Origin: an uncultured Opitutales bacterium
GTDB taxonomy: Bacteria; Verrucomicrobiota; Verrucomicrobiia; Opitutales; UBA9783
Assembly (NCBI GenBank): GCA_934691225.1
Contig: CAKUSQ010000001.1
Coordinates: forward strand, 480,001 to 512,000
Length of the DNA: 32,000 nucleotides
Direction of reading: 5' to 3'
Made by a program: the position numbers and the translations under genes. Positions 8,131 to 15,954 of this stretch are shown here, piece by piece. The notes under the pieces were generated by a model. It saw nothing but the letters and a program-made list of their open reading frames with translations. It had not been told where the DNA came from and ran no database searches. Every line of letters starts with the position of its first letter. The first letter of the stretch is position 1.

Positions 8131-9288
8131 TTAAAATGTTGTAGGAAAATTCTCGCCCCACAAGCAAAATAGTTGCCTTTGTAATGTTTTTCCGATGTAA
8201 GGTTTACCTTTAACATCAAATTCGAGTGTATGTCGGTTACCTAAGCGAAAAAGTTCATTTTTGTCATAAAAGTGCAATAAAATTTTTTTTGTCGAAGGAC
8301 TAAAAAGAGGTTCAAAATGCAAGGGTGCTCCTACCCAATTGAAGGAGACTTGCCAGCCGTAAATTTTTTTGGATGAATTCGCCTGGGTGACTAAAGCTGA
8401 GTTTTTTTTAATATATTCAGAAAGTTTTTCTGTATAAATTTTTAGTGTAAATGCAATCGGTTGGTTTTGCAAAAAAGTTTTAAAAGAAGTTTTTGATTTT
8501 AAAAAAGCAAGTGGGTCTAATCCTACGAGGTTCATTCCATTCCATGCCCCATGGTAATTGCGGGATGAAAATTTTTGTGAAAGGTACCATTGTTGAAAGG
8601 TTTGATCAGAACCGAGTTTTAATCCGATTTCGAAATGTAGATGTGCCCTTGAAATGGGAATGGTTGAACAAGAAGAATGCCCCATTTGTCCTAAATGTGC
8701 ACCTTGTTGGATCTTTTGACCAACCTTTAATGTTTTTGAAACTTCGTTAAGGTGTGCATACATTGAATAAAAATGAAGGTTAGGTTCCGTGTGTTCAAGT
8801 ACAATGTATTTTCCGTAAAGACTTGTTCCTGGTTTTTCGTTAATGTAAGCAATGGTTCCAGGTAAACAGGCAAAAATTTTATCTTGAGGAATATTTTTAC
8901 GTCCTCGATGGATGGATTTTATATCGATACCTTCGTGAAAACGTGTGCCGTTATTCCGAACACAGCCATAGGTACCTGATATGGGATTCCCGCTGCACGT
9001 TGATTGTATATAATTTTCTAATGCTTTCCCATCATAAAATGCAGTATTATCTGTGGGCCATCGACATAGGATTGGAGATGTTACAGATTGTTTTTTGGGA
9101 AGTGGTTTGGATGGGTGAGTTTTTTTGCAACGGGTTACAGTGCGTTTTGGCAACAGCGACGTTTTTTGTAAGGAATTCGTTTGTATTGCAGAATTTTTAG
9201 TTTTTTTTTGAAGTGTTTTTTCGGCGGATGAATTGTAAGAAGTGAAAATTACGATTGACGCAAGTATTAATTTAAGCCAGAACTTCAT
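8131..9288 (-). CDS. Secreted M23-family (LytM/NlpD-like) metallopeptidase
   Basis: 385 aa. The N-terminal signal-like segment is MKFWLKLILASIVIFTSYNSSAE. M23 motifs are FHEGIDI (HxxxD) and RAHLHFEI (HxH). A K/T/S/P-rich linker lies after the signal peptide. Confidence 0.8.
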   Translation of the reverse strand: MKFWLKLILASIVIFTSYNSSAEKTLQKKTKNSAIQTNSLQKTSLLPKRTVTRCKKTHPSKPLPKKQSVTSPILCRWPTDNTAFYDGKALENYIQSTCSGNPISGTYGCVRNNGTRFHEGIDIKSIHRGRKNIPQDKIFACLPGTIAYINEKPGTSLYGKYIVLEHTEPNLHFYSMYAHLNEVSKTLKVGQKIQQGAHLGQMGHSSCSTIPISRAHLHFEIGLKLGSDQTFQQWYLSQKFSSRNYHGAWNGMNLVGLDPLAFLKSKTSFKTFLQNQPIAFTLKIYTEKLSEYIKKNSALVTQANSSKKIYGWQVSFNWVGAPLHFEPLFSPSTKKILLHFYDKNELFRLGNRHTLEFDVKGKPYIGKTLQRQLFCLWGENFPTTF

Positions 9289-9303
9289 TGTACGCGTATT
9301 ATT

Positions 9304-10287
9304 ATGTGTTTATTAGATAGAAGTCAAATTAATAATATTTTAGAGATACTTCCTTCGTTAAAAGTTTTAGTGATAGGCGATTGTATGTTGGACCATTATA
9401 TTTGGGGAGATGTAAGTCGGATATCACCAGAAGCTCCTGTTCCTGTGGTTGCCATTGATCATGATACTTATCGTTTGGGAGGTGCTTGTAATGTAGCGCT
9501 GAATTTAAAGCAGCTAGGATGTCAAGTAAGTTTGATGGGTCCTATGGGCAGAGATGCCGCAGGTGAAACGATGAAGAATCTATTGACAGACGCGGGTGTT
9601 GATGTTCATGCCTTTAATTTTCGAGAAAATTTAAACAGCATTATTAAAACGCGTGTGGTAGTAAGAAAGCAGCAACTTTGTCGTTTGGATCGAGAATCTT
9701 TCTATACAGAAGAACAAGTTGAATATATCTATGAACAGTTAGAAGCGCTGGTTGCAAATGTGAATGCTGTTGTGGTTTCTGATTATAACAAAGGTTCTGT
9801 CACGCAAACATTATTAAATCGTTTAGTTACATTAAAGGCATCACATGATTTCTTGTTGGCATTAGATCCTAAACCTACACATGAACTTGATTACAGTGGG
9901 GTAGATCTTTTAAAACCGAATCGTGAAGAGGCTTTGAAATTGAGCGGTTTAGTATTTAGGCCGCACGAAAAATTTTCTGTGAATAAAGTAGCTAAATGTA
10001 TTTTAGAAAAATATTCAGTAAAATATTTAGCAATTACATTAGGAGAAGATGGATTGGCACTTTTGGATGCCAATGGGAATGGTGAAATTTCGCCAACGCA
10101 AGCAAGAGAGGTTTTTGATGTTTCAGGTGCTGGAGATACTTCGTTGGTGGCTTTAACATTAGCGTTGTGTGCAAAAATGCCATTAATAACAGCGGCTTGT
10201 TTTGCAAATGTTGCAGCAGGTGTTGTTGTTGGAAAATTGGGAACCGCTTCGGTGACCCCGCAAGAATTATTAGATTATGTACAGTGA
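9304..10287 (+). CDS. hldA: D-glycero-beta-D-manno-heptose-7-phosphate kinase (HldE kinase-domain homologue, stand-alone)
   Basis: 327 aa and collinear with the N-terminal half of E. coli HldE. Matching segments are VLVIGDCMLDHYIWGDVSRISPEAPVPVV, VVVSDYNKG, DVSGAGDT and NVAAGVVVGKLGTASVTPQEL. Confidence 0.88.
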   Translation: MCLLDRSQINNILEILPSLKVLVIGDCMLDHYIWGDVSRISPEAPVPVVAIDHDTYRLGGACNVALNLKQLGCQVSLMGPMGRDAAGETMKNLLTDAGVDVHAFNFRENLNSIIKTRVVVRKQQLCRLDRESFYTEEQVEYIYEQLEALVANVNAVVVSDYNKGSVTQTLLNRLVTLKASHDFLLALDPKPTHELDYSGVDLLKPNREEALKLSGLVFRPHEKFSVNKVAKCILEKYSVKYLAITLGEDGLALLDANGNGEISPTQAREVFDVSGAGDTSLVALTLALCAKMPLITAACFANVAAGVVVGKLGTASVTPQELLDYVQ

Positions 10288-10798
10288 GCAGGCAGCCCTA
10301 TTTTTGGATCGTGATGGTACGTTAATTGTAGATCGGGGTTATTTATCAGATCCTGAAGGTGTTCAACTTTTACCGGGTGTTAGGGAATTTTTAGCAAAAT
10401 TGAAGGCAAAAAATTGGTTGTTTTTTTTGCATTCGAATCAAAGCGGTGTTAATCGTGGTTTTTTTACGATGTCAGAAGTAAATCAGTGCAATCGTCGTTT
10501 GATTGAGCTGTTAGGTTTGGGTGAAGATGTTTTTGCACGCATTTGTTGTGCGGTAGGTACCCCTGATAACCCTTGTCCTTATCGTAAACCTTCACCTAAA
10601 TTTACGTTAGAATGTTTGGAGGAATTTAATTTAAATCCCAATAAATGTTGGATGATTGGGGATCGAATATCAGATGTAGAAACGGGGCAAGCCGCTCATA
10701 TTCATTCAATCCTTTTGACACAAAAACCACAGGAAATTGAGAATTGTTTTTGTTGTCGCAATTTTGAAGAAATTTTTGAGATTTTACAGAAACATTAA
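10277..10798 (+). CDS. gmhB: D,D-heptose 1,7-bisphosphate phosphatase GmhB (HAD superfamily)
   Basis: 173 aa. It has the HAD motif I FLDRDGTLI, then CPYRKPSP and MIGDRISD. It overlaps hldA by 11 nt. Confidence 0.85.
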   Translation: MYSEQAALFLDRDGTLIVDRGYLSDPEGVQLLPGVREFLAKLKAKNWLFFLHSNQSGVNRGFFTMSEVNQCNRRLIELLGLGEDVFARICCAVGTPDNPCPYRKPSPKFTLECLEEFNLNPNKCWMIGDRISDVETGQAAHIHSILLTQKPQEIENCFCCRNFEEIFEILQKH

Positions 10799-12033
10799 GC
10801 TTTATTGTATTTTGTTTTCCCTTTGAAAAACAGACCAAATATAAATGAGGTTGCGAATAAAGCTATTACAATGGTTCCTAAACCTATTTGGTAAGCGACA
10901 GTGATAGAGTAATCAAGACTGTAACAATCAATCATGTGCCCAACCAAAGCTTGTATAAGGCCGCAGAATCCCATAATAATCATGTTGACAAAGGCAATAG
11001 AACTCGCGTTTGTTTGAGGTGGATTAAGTTCTGCACAGGCAATAAAACCGATTACTTGTCCACTTGCACAAAAGCCAAGTCCTATTAATAAAATAGCTGT
11101 TGTTATAAATGATAAGGATGGGCATAAAACTAATATGGCTAAAAGAATACCACTTGATAATCCACTTATTAACAATGGAGTTTTGCGCGTATTGAGCGTA
11201 TCTGATATCCAACCGACGATAGGTGCACCTAAAGCCCAACTTAGGTTTAAAATGGAGGTTAATTGTGAAGCTTCAGTCATTGAAAAGTTACAAATTTTAG
11301 TAAAATATGGAATTCCCCATAAATCAGCAAAAACAGCTAGTGGCATGAACAAAGCACCTGAAATCAATCCTATATTCCAAGTTGGCCAGCGTTTAGCAAC
11401 GTAAATTAAATTGTCTTTGCATTGTATCCATATATGTTTCCCTTTGGGCTTAGGTAGCCAATCAGGGGCATTGGGAATAAAAATTAAAAGCAAAAGTGTT
11501 ATAAAAATTCCAAATATAAAAGAAATGATCCAGATACTTTGCCATCCCCAGGCGTTGTTGATCCAAGAAAGCGAGGTTTGGGCTGCAATGGCGCCTAATA
11601 ATCCTAGTGCGGTTGTTAATCCGGATAGGGTTGCTAGATGTTTTTTATGGAACCAGACCGTGCATAAGTACATAACGCCTACGAAACCAAAAGCGGACGA
11701 AAATCCCATAAGAAATCGACTTACACCAAAACAAGCTAAGGTGTGTGTTGGCAATATAGGTAATAAGCAACTGAATGTCAAAATAACGCTGGCTGGCAAA
11801 AATAATTTTCGACTACCACAGGTATCAAATAAAGGGCCTACAATTAACTGCATGGGGGAATATATTAACAGATACATTCCTACAGCTATTGCAACTTGAG
11901 ATGCGGTTGCGCAGTAAGTAATTTCTAGATCGTTTTCGATGACACTTGGAACTACACGAACAAAATACTCATACAGGTAAAATAAAGAACCTGTGATCCA
12001 GATAATGTACGCTCGAATTCCGCCTTTTTTCAT
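10795..12033 (-). CDS. MFS-type transporter, substrate unknown
   Basis: A protein of about 412 aa that is hydrophobic throughout, with roughly 12 predicted helices by eye. The track ORF begins at a TTG at 12069. I prefer the ATG at 12033 (MKKGGIRAYIIW...). No substrate-specific motif was recognised. Confidence 0.7.
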   Translation of the reverse strand: MKKGGIRAYIIWITGSLFYLYEYFVRVVPSVIENDLEITYCATASQVAIAVGMYLLIYSPMQLIVGPLFDTCGSRKLFLPASVILTFSCLLPILPTHTLACFGVSRFLMGFSSAFGFVGVMYLCTVWFHKKHLATLSGLTTALGLLGAIAAQTSLSWINNAWGWQSIWIISFIFGIFITLLLLIFIPNAPDWLPKPKGKHIWIQCKDNLIYVAKRWPTWNIGLISGALFMPLAVFADLWGIPYFTKICNFSMTEASQLTSILNLSWALGAPIVGWISDTLNTRKTPLLISGLSSGILLAILVLCPSLSFITTAILLIGLGFCASGQVIGFIACAELNPPQTNASSIAFVNMIIMGFCGLIQALVGHMIDCYSLDYSITVAYQIGLGTIVIALFATSFIFGLFFKGKTKYNKA

Positions 12034-12091
12034 AAAAGTACTTATAGGTAGTGCACAGCCAAACGTCAAGGTTCAAATAAAAAAATTAGTC

Positions 12092-12547
12092 TTAAATATG
12101 ACATTGGCGAAAAATTTCATACCGTACGATACCAACGCTAGTCGCTAGGTTAAGCGAACGTACATGCGGATGTAACATAGGAATTGTTAAGCGGTAATTT
12201 TGCAGGGTTTGGTGTAAATATTCTGGACAGCCAGATCCTTCACTTCCGAATAAAATACCGTCATTATCTTGAAATTCCATATCGGTATAAGCTTTTGACG
12301 CGTGTGTCGTTAACAACCAAATGCGTTTAGGACGATCTGCCTTTTGTACAAAATCTTCCCATGTGTTGTGTTGTTGCAAATCTAAATATTGCCAATAATC
12401 CATGCCGCTTCGTTTTAAATAACGATCTGTTAATGAGAATCCTAAAGGATGAATAAGATGTAAACGCGTGCGCATACAAGCACACAAACGCCCTATGTTA
12501 CCTGTGTTTTGTGGAATTTCAGGTCGAAATAAGATGACATGAATCAT
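12092..12547 (-). CDS. trmL: tRNA (cytidine/uridine-2'-O)-methyltransferase TrmL (SpoU/TrmH family)
   Basis: 151 aa. MIHVILFRPEIPQNTGNIGRLCA...RLHLIHPLGFSLTDRYLKRSGMDYW closely parallels E. coli TrmL (YibK). Confidence 0.88.
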   Translation of the reverse strand: MIHVILFRPEIPQNTGNIGRLCACMRTRLHLIHPLGFSLTDRYLKRSGMDYWQYLDLQQHNTWEDFVQKADRPKRIWLLTTHASKAYTDMEFQDNDGILFGSEGSGCPEYLHQTLQNYRLTIPMLHPHVRSLNLATSVGIVRYEIFRQCHI

Positions 12548-13017
12548 TTGAATTTTTGGCGCAATGCACGTTCCATATCACGTTTTTCAGCACGTTCCTT
12601 TAAATCTCTTCGTTTGTCAAAAAGCTTTTTAGCTTTACAAATGGCAATTTCTAATTTGGCAAGTCCAGATTTAAAATATAATTTTACGGGAAAAATGCTT
12701 TCACCTTTTCTTTCTAATGCGCCTCGAAGTTCATTTATTTCTCGCTTATGAAGCAGTAAGAGACGCGAACGAACAGGATCATGATTGTACGTATTGCCAA
12801 ATTTGTAATCATTAATGTAAGCATTTACCCACGTTGGATTCCCATAACGATCCAGTCTTACGAAAGATTCTGTCAAAGTCACATTTCCTTGGCGCAGTGA
12901 TTTAATCTCTGTGCCCTTCAAAACAATACCTGCTTCGAACGTTTTTCCTATGAAAAAATCGTGCGATAGTTTTCGATTCAGGATAGACTTTGAAGAAGAT
13001 GTTGAAGAACGTTTCAC
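12544..13017 (-). CDS. smpB: SsrA-binding protein SmpB
   Basis: 157 aa with a GTG start. It has NRKLSHDFFIGKTFEAGIVLKGTEIKSLR and a basic C-terminal tail. There is a 4-nt overlap with trmL. Confidence 0.9.
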   Translation of the reverse strand: MKRSSTSSSKSILNRKLSHDFFIGKTFEAGIVLKGTEIKSLRQGNVTLTESFVRLDRYGNPTWVNAYINDYKFGNTYNHDPVRSRLLLLHKREINELRGALERKGESIFPVKLYFKSGLAKLEIAICKAKKLFDKRRDLKERAEKRDMERALRQKFK

Positions 13018-13023
13018 CGAAAT

Positions 13024-13215
13024 TTAAAAAACAGCGGTAATCTTTTTTTCAATGATTTCTCGCAAAGCAATATCTTCTAAAGTTAGTTTTTCAAGGGATT
13101 GTACTAAAGGTTCAGCTCCATTGCGAAGTTGCCTAACACGTTTAGAGATTAAATTGATCAAAACATCATGATTTGGAACTACTTTAGTAGCCTCACTCAA
13201 TAAAGAATATTTCAT
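13024..13215 (-). CDS. rpoZ: DNA-directed RNA polymerase subunit omega
   Basis: 63 aa. NHDVLINLISKRVRQLRNGAEPLV...IALREIIEKKI fits the omega pattern (N.y.Lv..a.kRArQl ... Pl ... ALrEI.eg.i). Confidence 0.75.
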   Translation of the reverse strand: MKYSLLSEATKVVPNHDVLINLISKRVRQLRNGAEPLVQSLEKLTLEDIALREIIEKKITAVF

Positions 13216-13239
13216 AAAATAAACGTGAACAAAGTTAAT

Positions 13240-13256
13240 GAAGGGATTATCCCTTC
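13240..13256 (-). terminator. Short GC-containing hairpin between hup and rpoZ (possible partial terminator or attenuator)
   Basis: GAAGGGA-TTA-TCCCTTC forms a 7-bp perfect stem with a 3-nt loop, 9 nt downstream of the hup stop. The sequence that follows on the minus strand is only moderately U-rich (AUUAACUUUGUU). Confidence 0.35.
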
Positions 13257-13264
13257 AATACAGA

Positions 13265-13540
13265 TTAGCAAATGCCTTTAAATTGGGCACTAGGCTTAAA
13301 TTTTATTGTTTTTGATGCAGCAATTTGAATAGGTTTTCCCGTTTGAGGATTTACACCTTGACGTGCTTTGCGTTCAGAAACAGCAAAACTTCCAAAACCA
13401 ACTAATTGAACAGAGCCGTCTTTAACGATACCGGCTTTAAATGACTCTAAAACAGCTTCTAAGGCGCGTTCAGCACATGCTTTTGTGGCTGCTTCACCTA
13501 AATTTTTTTGAATTTCTTGTATTAATTCTGCTTTATTCAT
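13265..13540 (-). CDS. hup: HU/IHF-family DNA-binding protein
   Basis: 91 aa. The sequence MNKAELIQEIQ...VQLVGFGSFAVSERKARQGVNPQTGKPIQIAASKTIKFKPS is the classic HU fold signature. Confidence 0.92.
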   Translation of the reverse strand: MNKAELIQEIQKNLGEAATKACAERALEAVLESFKAGIVKDGSVQLVGFGSFAVSERKARQGVNPQTGKPIQIAASKTIKFKPSAQFKGIC

Positions 13541-13618
13541 AAATTTAAACTTCTAATATTTACAATAAAATATTGAAAGTTTTGCTAGGTCAATGCTATT
13601 TTGCAATAAATATCGCAA

Positions 13619-14104
13619 ATGAAGGCAAAAAATTTAAAAGGTTATACGTTAATGGAGTTGGCGTTAACGTTTTCTTTGATTGGTGTTATGGTTTTTGGAT
13701 GTTTTCAATTGCGTTTACACGAATCTAAAGAATTGCGTTTTGTGAATTGTACAGAACTGTTTTTAAAAGCAGCCCCTTGGATTCGAAAAGCAGTTGCTTT
13801 TAAAATAGATAACAATGCGCATTTATATGTAAAAGTGAAAAGAATGGTTGCGGGTAAACAAAAATCGCGTTGGCTCTCCATCTGCGTTACAGCTGTACAA
13901 AAACCATTCAATAAAGATTGTTTGCAGGTGTGTTTGCCTTGTGTGGCAAGTGTTGAGTGGGAATGTTGGCGTAGTAAAAAGGAATGGAAAATTATGCATG
14001 CTGAGAAAAAGTATAAAAATGTTAGAGCTGTAAAAGTTGTTTTAAGAGATTCATCTGGAAAAATTTTGGATCAATTTTTGTTTTTAAATTATGTTTGTGA
14101 ATAA
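13619..14104 (+). CDS. Prepilin-type N-terminal cleavage/methylation-domain protein (pilin or pseudopilin-like), otherwise uncharacterised
   Basis: 161 aa. MKAKNLKG|YTLMELALTFSLIGVMVFG is a class III signal peptide, with Gly at -1, Glu at +5 and a hydrophobic helix. The remainder has no recognisable motif and contains about 8 Cys. Confidence 0.65.
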   Translation: MKAKNLKGYTLMELALTFSLIGVMVFGCFQLRLHESKELRFVNCTELFLKAAPWIRKAVAFKIDNNAHLYVKVKRMVAGKQKSRWLSICVTAVQKPFNKDCLQVCLPCVASVEWECWRSKKEWKIMHAEKKYKNVRAVKVVLRDSSGKILDQFLFLNYVCE

Positions 14105-14110
14105 AAACAC

Positions 14111-14983
14111 TTGACAATAAATCTGTGTAACAATAATCTAAGCTCTGTGTTAAATTCAAGCTTAGTACGTTTACTAGCTACATCACTACTATGTAGCTCT
14201 TTGGCAGAAGCAAGTGAAATTGTTACTCAGTACGACATTTTAGGTAAGCATGTTAAAAGAATTCATTTCAATGAAATAGTTTCTACTCAGTTGTATTCCA
14301 GAAAAGACGTTAAGTTGGATGCTTTGAATAAGGATAATTGGGTATTAGTGACAGCAGATATGCAAACAGGAGGTATTGGATCGCACTCGCGTAAGTGGAT
14401 TTCTCATATTCCAGGAAATGTTTATGCCACATTGAATTTCCCTATAGAAGTGAGTGATCCCAATGATTTTGCGATGATGCGCAACGTTTTTTCTTTGGCT
14501 GTATTAGAGGTGATGAAGGATTATTTGCCAGACGCACATGTAGCTTACAAATGGCCTAACGATGCTTTAGTAAATGGTAAAAAGATCGCAGGGGTATTAT
14601 GTGAATATCAAACCTTAGAAAAAAACATTTATCATGGAATCGTAGGCATTGGTATCAATGTAAATTTGTCTAAGGAAATTTTAGCAGAAATAGATCAGCC
14701 AGCAACTTCAATGGTTTTAGAGGGTGGAAAAAATATTTCTAAAGAGGACATCCTAAATGCTGTCATTGAAAAAGCTATAGCCCTCATGAATAATATGCCG
14801 AGTGTAGAAAGTGATTTAAAGAAATGTTTCGCTTTTGCAGGAGAAGAAGTTGTTGTTCATGATGATACTAAAAATTTGGATATTTGTGGAATTTTAGAGG
14901 GTATTGGAGAGAATGGAGCTTTGCTAATCAATGTAGGTGGTGAAGTGTATTCTGTAATTAACGGTACCGTTATAAAAAAGTAA
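14111..14983 (+). CDS. birA: Biotin--[acetyl-CoA-carboxylase] ligase (BirA-like, no obvious HTH domain)
   Basis: TADMQTGGIGSHSRKWISHIPGNVYATL aligns by eye to the E. coli QQAGRGRRGRKWFSPFGANLYLS loop. KWPNDALVNGKKIAGVLCE matches KWPNDLYL..KLAGILVE. The C-terminal GALLINVGGEVYSVINGTV is an SH3-like tail. The start is uncertain: there is no ATG before residue 84. Candidate starts are TTG 14111, GTG 14147 and TTG 14201. The adjacent bioY gene supports the call. Confidence 0.78.
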   Translation: MTINLCNNNLSSVLNSSLVRLLATSLLCSSLAEASEIVTQYDILGKHVKRIHFNEIVSTQLYSRKDVKLDALNKDNWVLVTADMQTGGIGSHSRKWISHIPGNVYATLNFPIEVSDPNDFAMMRNVFSLAVLEVMKDYLPDAHVAYKWPNDALVNGKKIAGVLCEYQTLEKNIYHGIVGIGINVNLSKEILAEIDQPATSMVLEGGKNISKEDILNAVIEKAIALMNNMPSVESDLKKCFAFAGEEVVVHDDTKNLDICGILEGIGENGALLINVGGEVYSVINGTVIKK

Positions 14984-14998
14984 CATTATAATATCATT

Positions 14999-15538
14999 AT
15001 GCATACAATAGTAGATCGTATAAGTCGTTCGTTAGGTTTGAAAATAGCGTGTGTATTGTCGGCAAGTTTTATGTTGGCGGTAAGTGCGCAAATTTCTATT
15101 CCTATGTACCCAGTGCCTTTTACCTTGCAATCGGTGACGGTGCTGTTTCTGGCATTTGTATTAGGGCATCGGTTGGCAGTTGCTGCCGTAGGTGCTTATT
15201 TGATTGAAGGTGCTTTGGGATTGCCGGTTTATGCACATTTTACGTGCGGGTTGCCGGTATTATTTGGTCCTACCGGAGGTTACCTCTTTGGTTTTTTAGC
15301 ATCGGCTTATGTGGCAGGTTGTATGTATGAACATATAAAATCAAGGCGTGTTTTTCACTTGTTTTTACTAGGAATTATGGGAGAAGCTCCTCTGTTTGCG
15401 TGCGGTTACGTGTATTTAGCGTTTTTTGTTGGATGGACACAGGCTTTTTGGTCGGGTGTTTTTCCATTTCTAGCGAGCACATGTTTGAAAAATATACTCT
15501 TAGCCTTGCTTATAAATCGAAAATTTTCTAATATCTAA
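14999..15538 (+). CDS. bioY: Biotin transporter BioY (ECF S-component)
   Basis: 179 aa and hydrophobic. It has ISIPMYPVPFTLQSVTVLF and FGPTGGYLFGFLASAYVAG, which are typical BioY motifs. Confidence 0.88.
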   Translation: MHTIVDRISRSLGLKIACVLSASFMLAVSAQISIPMYPVPFTLQSVTVLFLAFVLGHRLAVAAVGAYLIEGALGLPVYAHFTCGLPVLFGPTGGYLFGFLASAYVAGCMYEHIKSRRVFHLFLLGIMGEAPLFACGYVYLAFFVGWTQAFWSGVFPFLASTCLKNILLALLINRKFSNI

Positions 15539-15560
15539 CCTAAGTTTATAGTAAATAAAA

Positions 15561-15596
15561 GCTGCGAAATTTATTTCGTAGCTCATTTGATTTTTT
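15561..15596 (+). terminator. Rho-independent terminator candidate after bioY
   Basis: GCTGCGAAA-TTTA-TTTCGTAGC forms a 9-bp stem with one G-U pair. It is followed by TCATTTGATTTTTT and lies 23 nt after the bioY stop. Confidence 0.55.
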
Positions 15597-15660
15597 AAGA
15601 GGTTTTATTTTTTTTATTTTTACGCTTCCATTTTTAAGTTAAGCGTTTAGTGTTAAAAGC

Positions 15661-15948
15661 ATGGATTACGGTTGGTTGTGTTTTTGTATTTTGTTGGCTA
15701 GTTGGCTAGGTGTGGAGTTAATTGCTAAAATTCCATCACAATTACATACGCCATTGATGTCAGGAACGAATGCGATTTCGGGGATAACTTTGATAGGTGC
15801 TTTGGTGGCATTGTCGCATGCACATGATTTTTTAACGCAGTTTTTTAGTTATATGGGTGTTTTTTTTGCGATTATCAATGTTTTTGGAGGTTATTGGGTA
15901 ACCGATCGGATGTTGAAAATGTTTAACTCTAAAAATCATCGAAAGTAG
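15661..15948 (+). CDS. pntAB: NAD(P) transhydrogenase subunit alpha part 2 (membrane segment, PntAB)
   Basis: 95 aa with three hydrophobic helices. LHTPLMSGTNAISGITLIGAL matches the conserved PntA membrane-domain motif. Confidence 0.85.
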   Translation: MDYGWLCFCILLASWLGVELIAKIPSQLHTPLMSGTNAISGITLIGALVALSHAHDFLTQFFSYMGVFFAIINVFGGYWVTDRMLKMFNSKNHRK

Positions 15949-15954
15949 TTTTTT

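Noticed and set aside
9201-9209. Homopolymer tracts inside genes as phase-variation switches. Examples are T9 (A9 in the coding sense) in the M23 gene, T8 at 914-921 in dnaG and T8 near 10430 in gmhB.
   Set aside because: In a genome this AT-rich, Lys/Phe codon runs generate such tracts routinely, including in essential genes like dnaG. Only the T9 in the repeat-laden ligase gene is mentioned, within a finding.
11411-11899. A 162-aa plus-strand ORF lies antisense to the MFS transporter gene.
   Set aside because: It lies entirely within a gene whose product is a coherent 12-helix-type membrane protein. The antisense translation has no motif and no upstream signals. It is treated as a shadow ORF.
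14111-14139. A promoter-like TTGACA-N17-TAATCT sits at the very start of the birA ORF.
   Set aside because: The -35 hexamer is perfect, but the -10 matches TATAAT at only 3 of 6 positions. It would also conflict with the longest ORF start. It is not reported as a feature and only adds to the uncertainty about the birA start.
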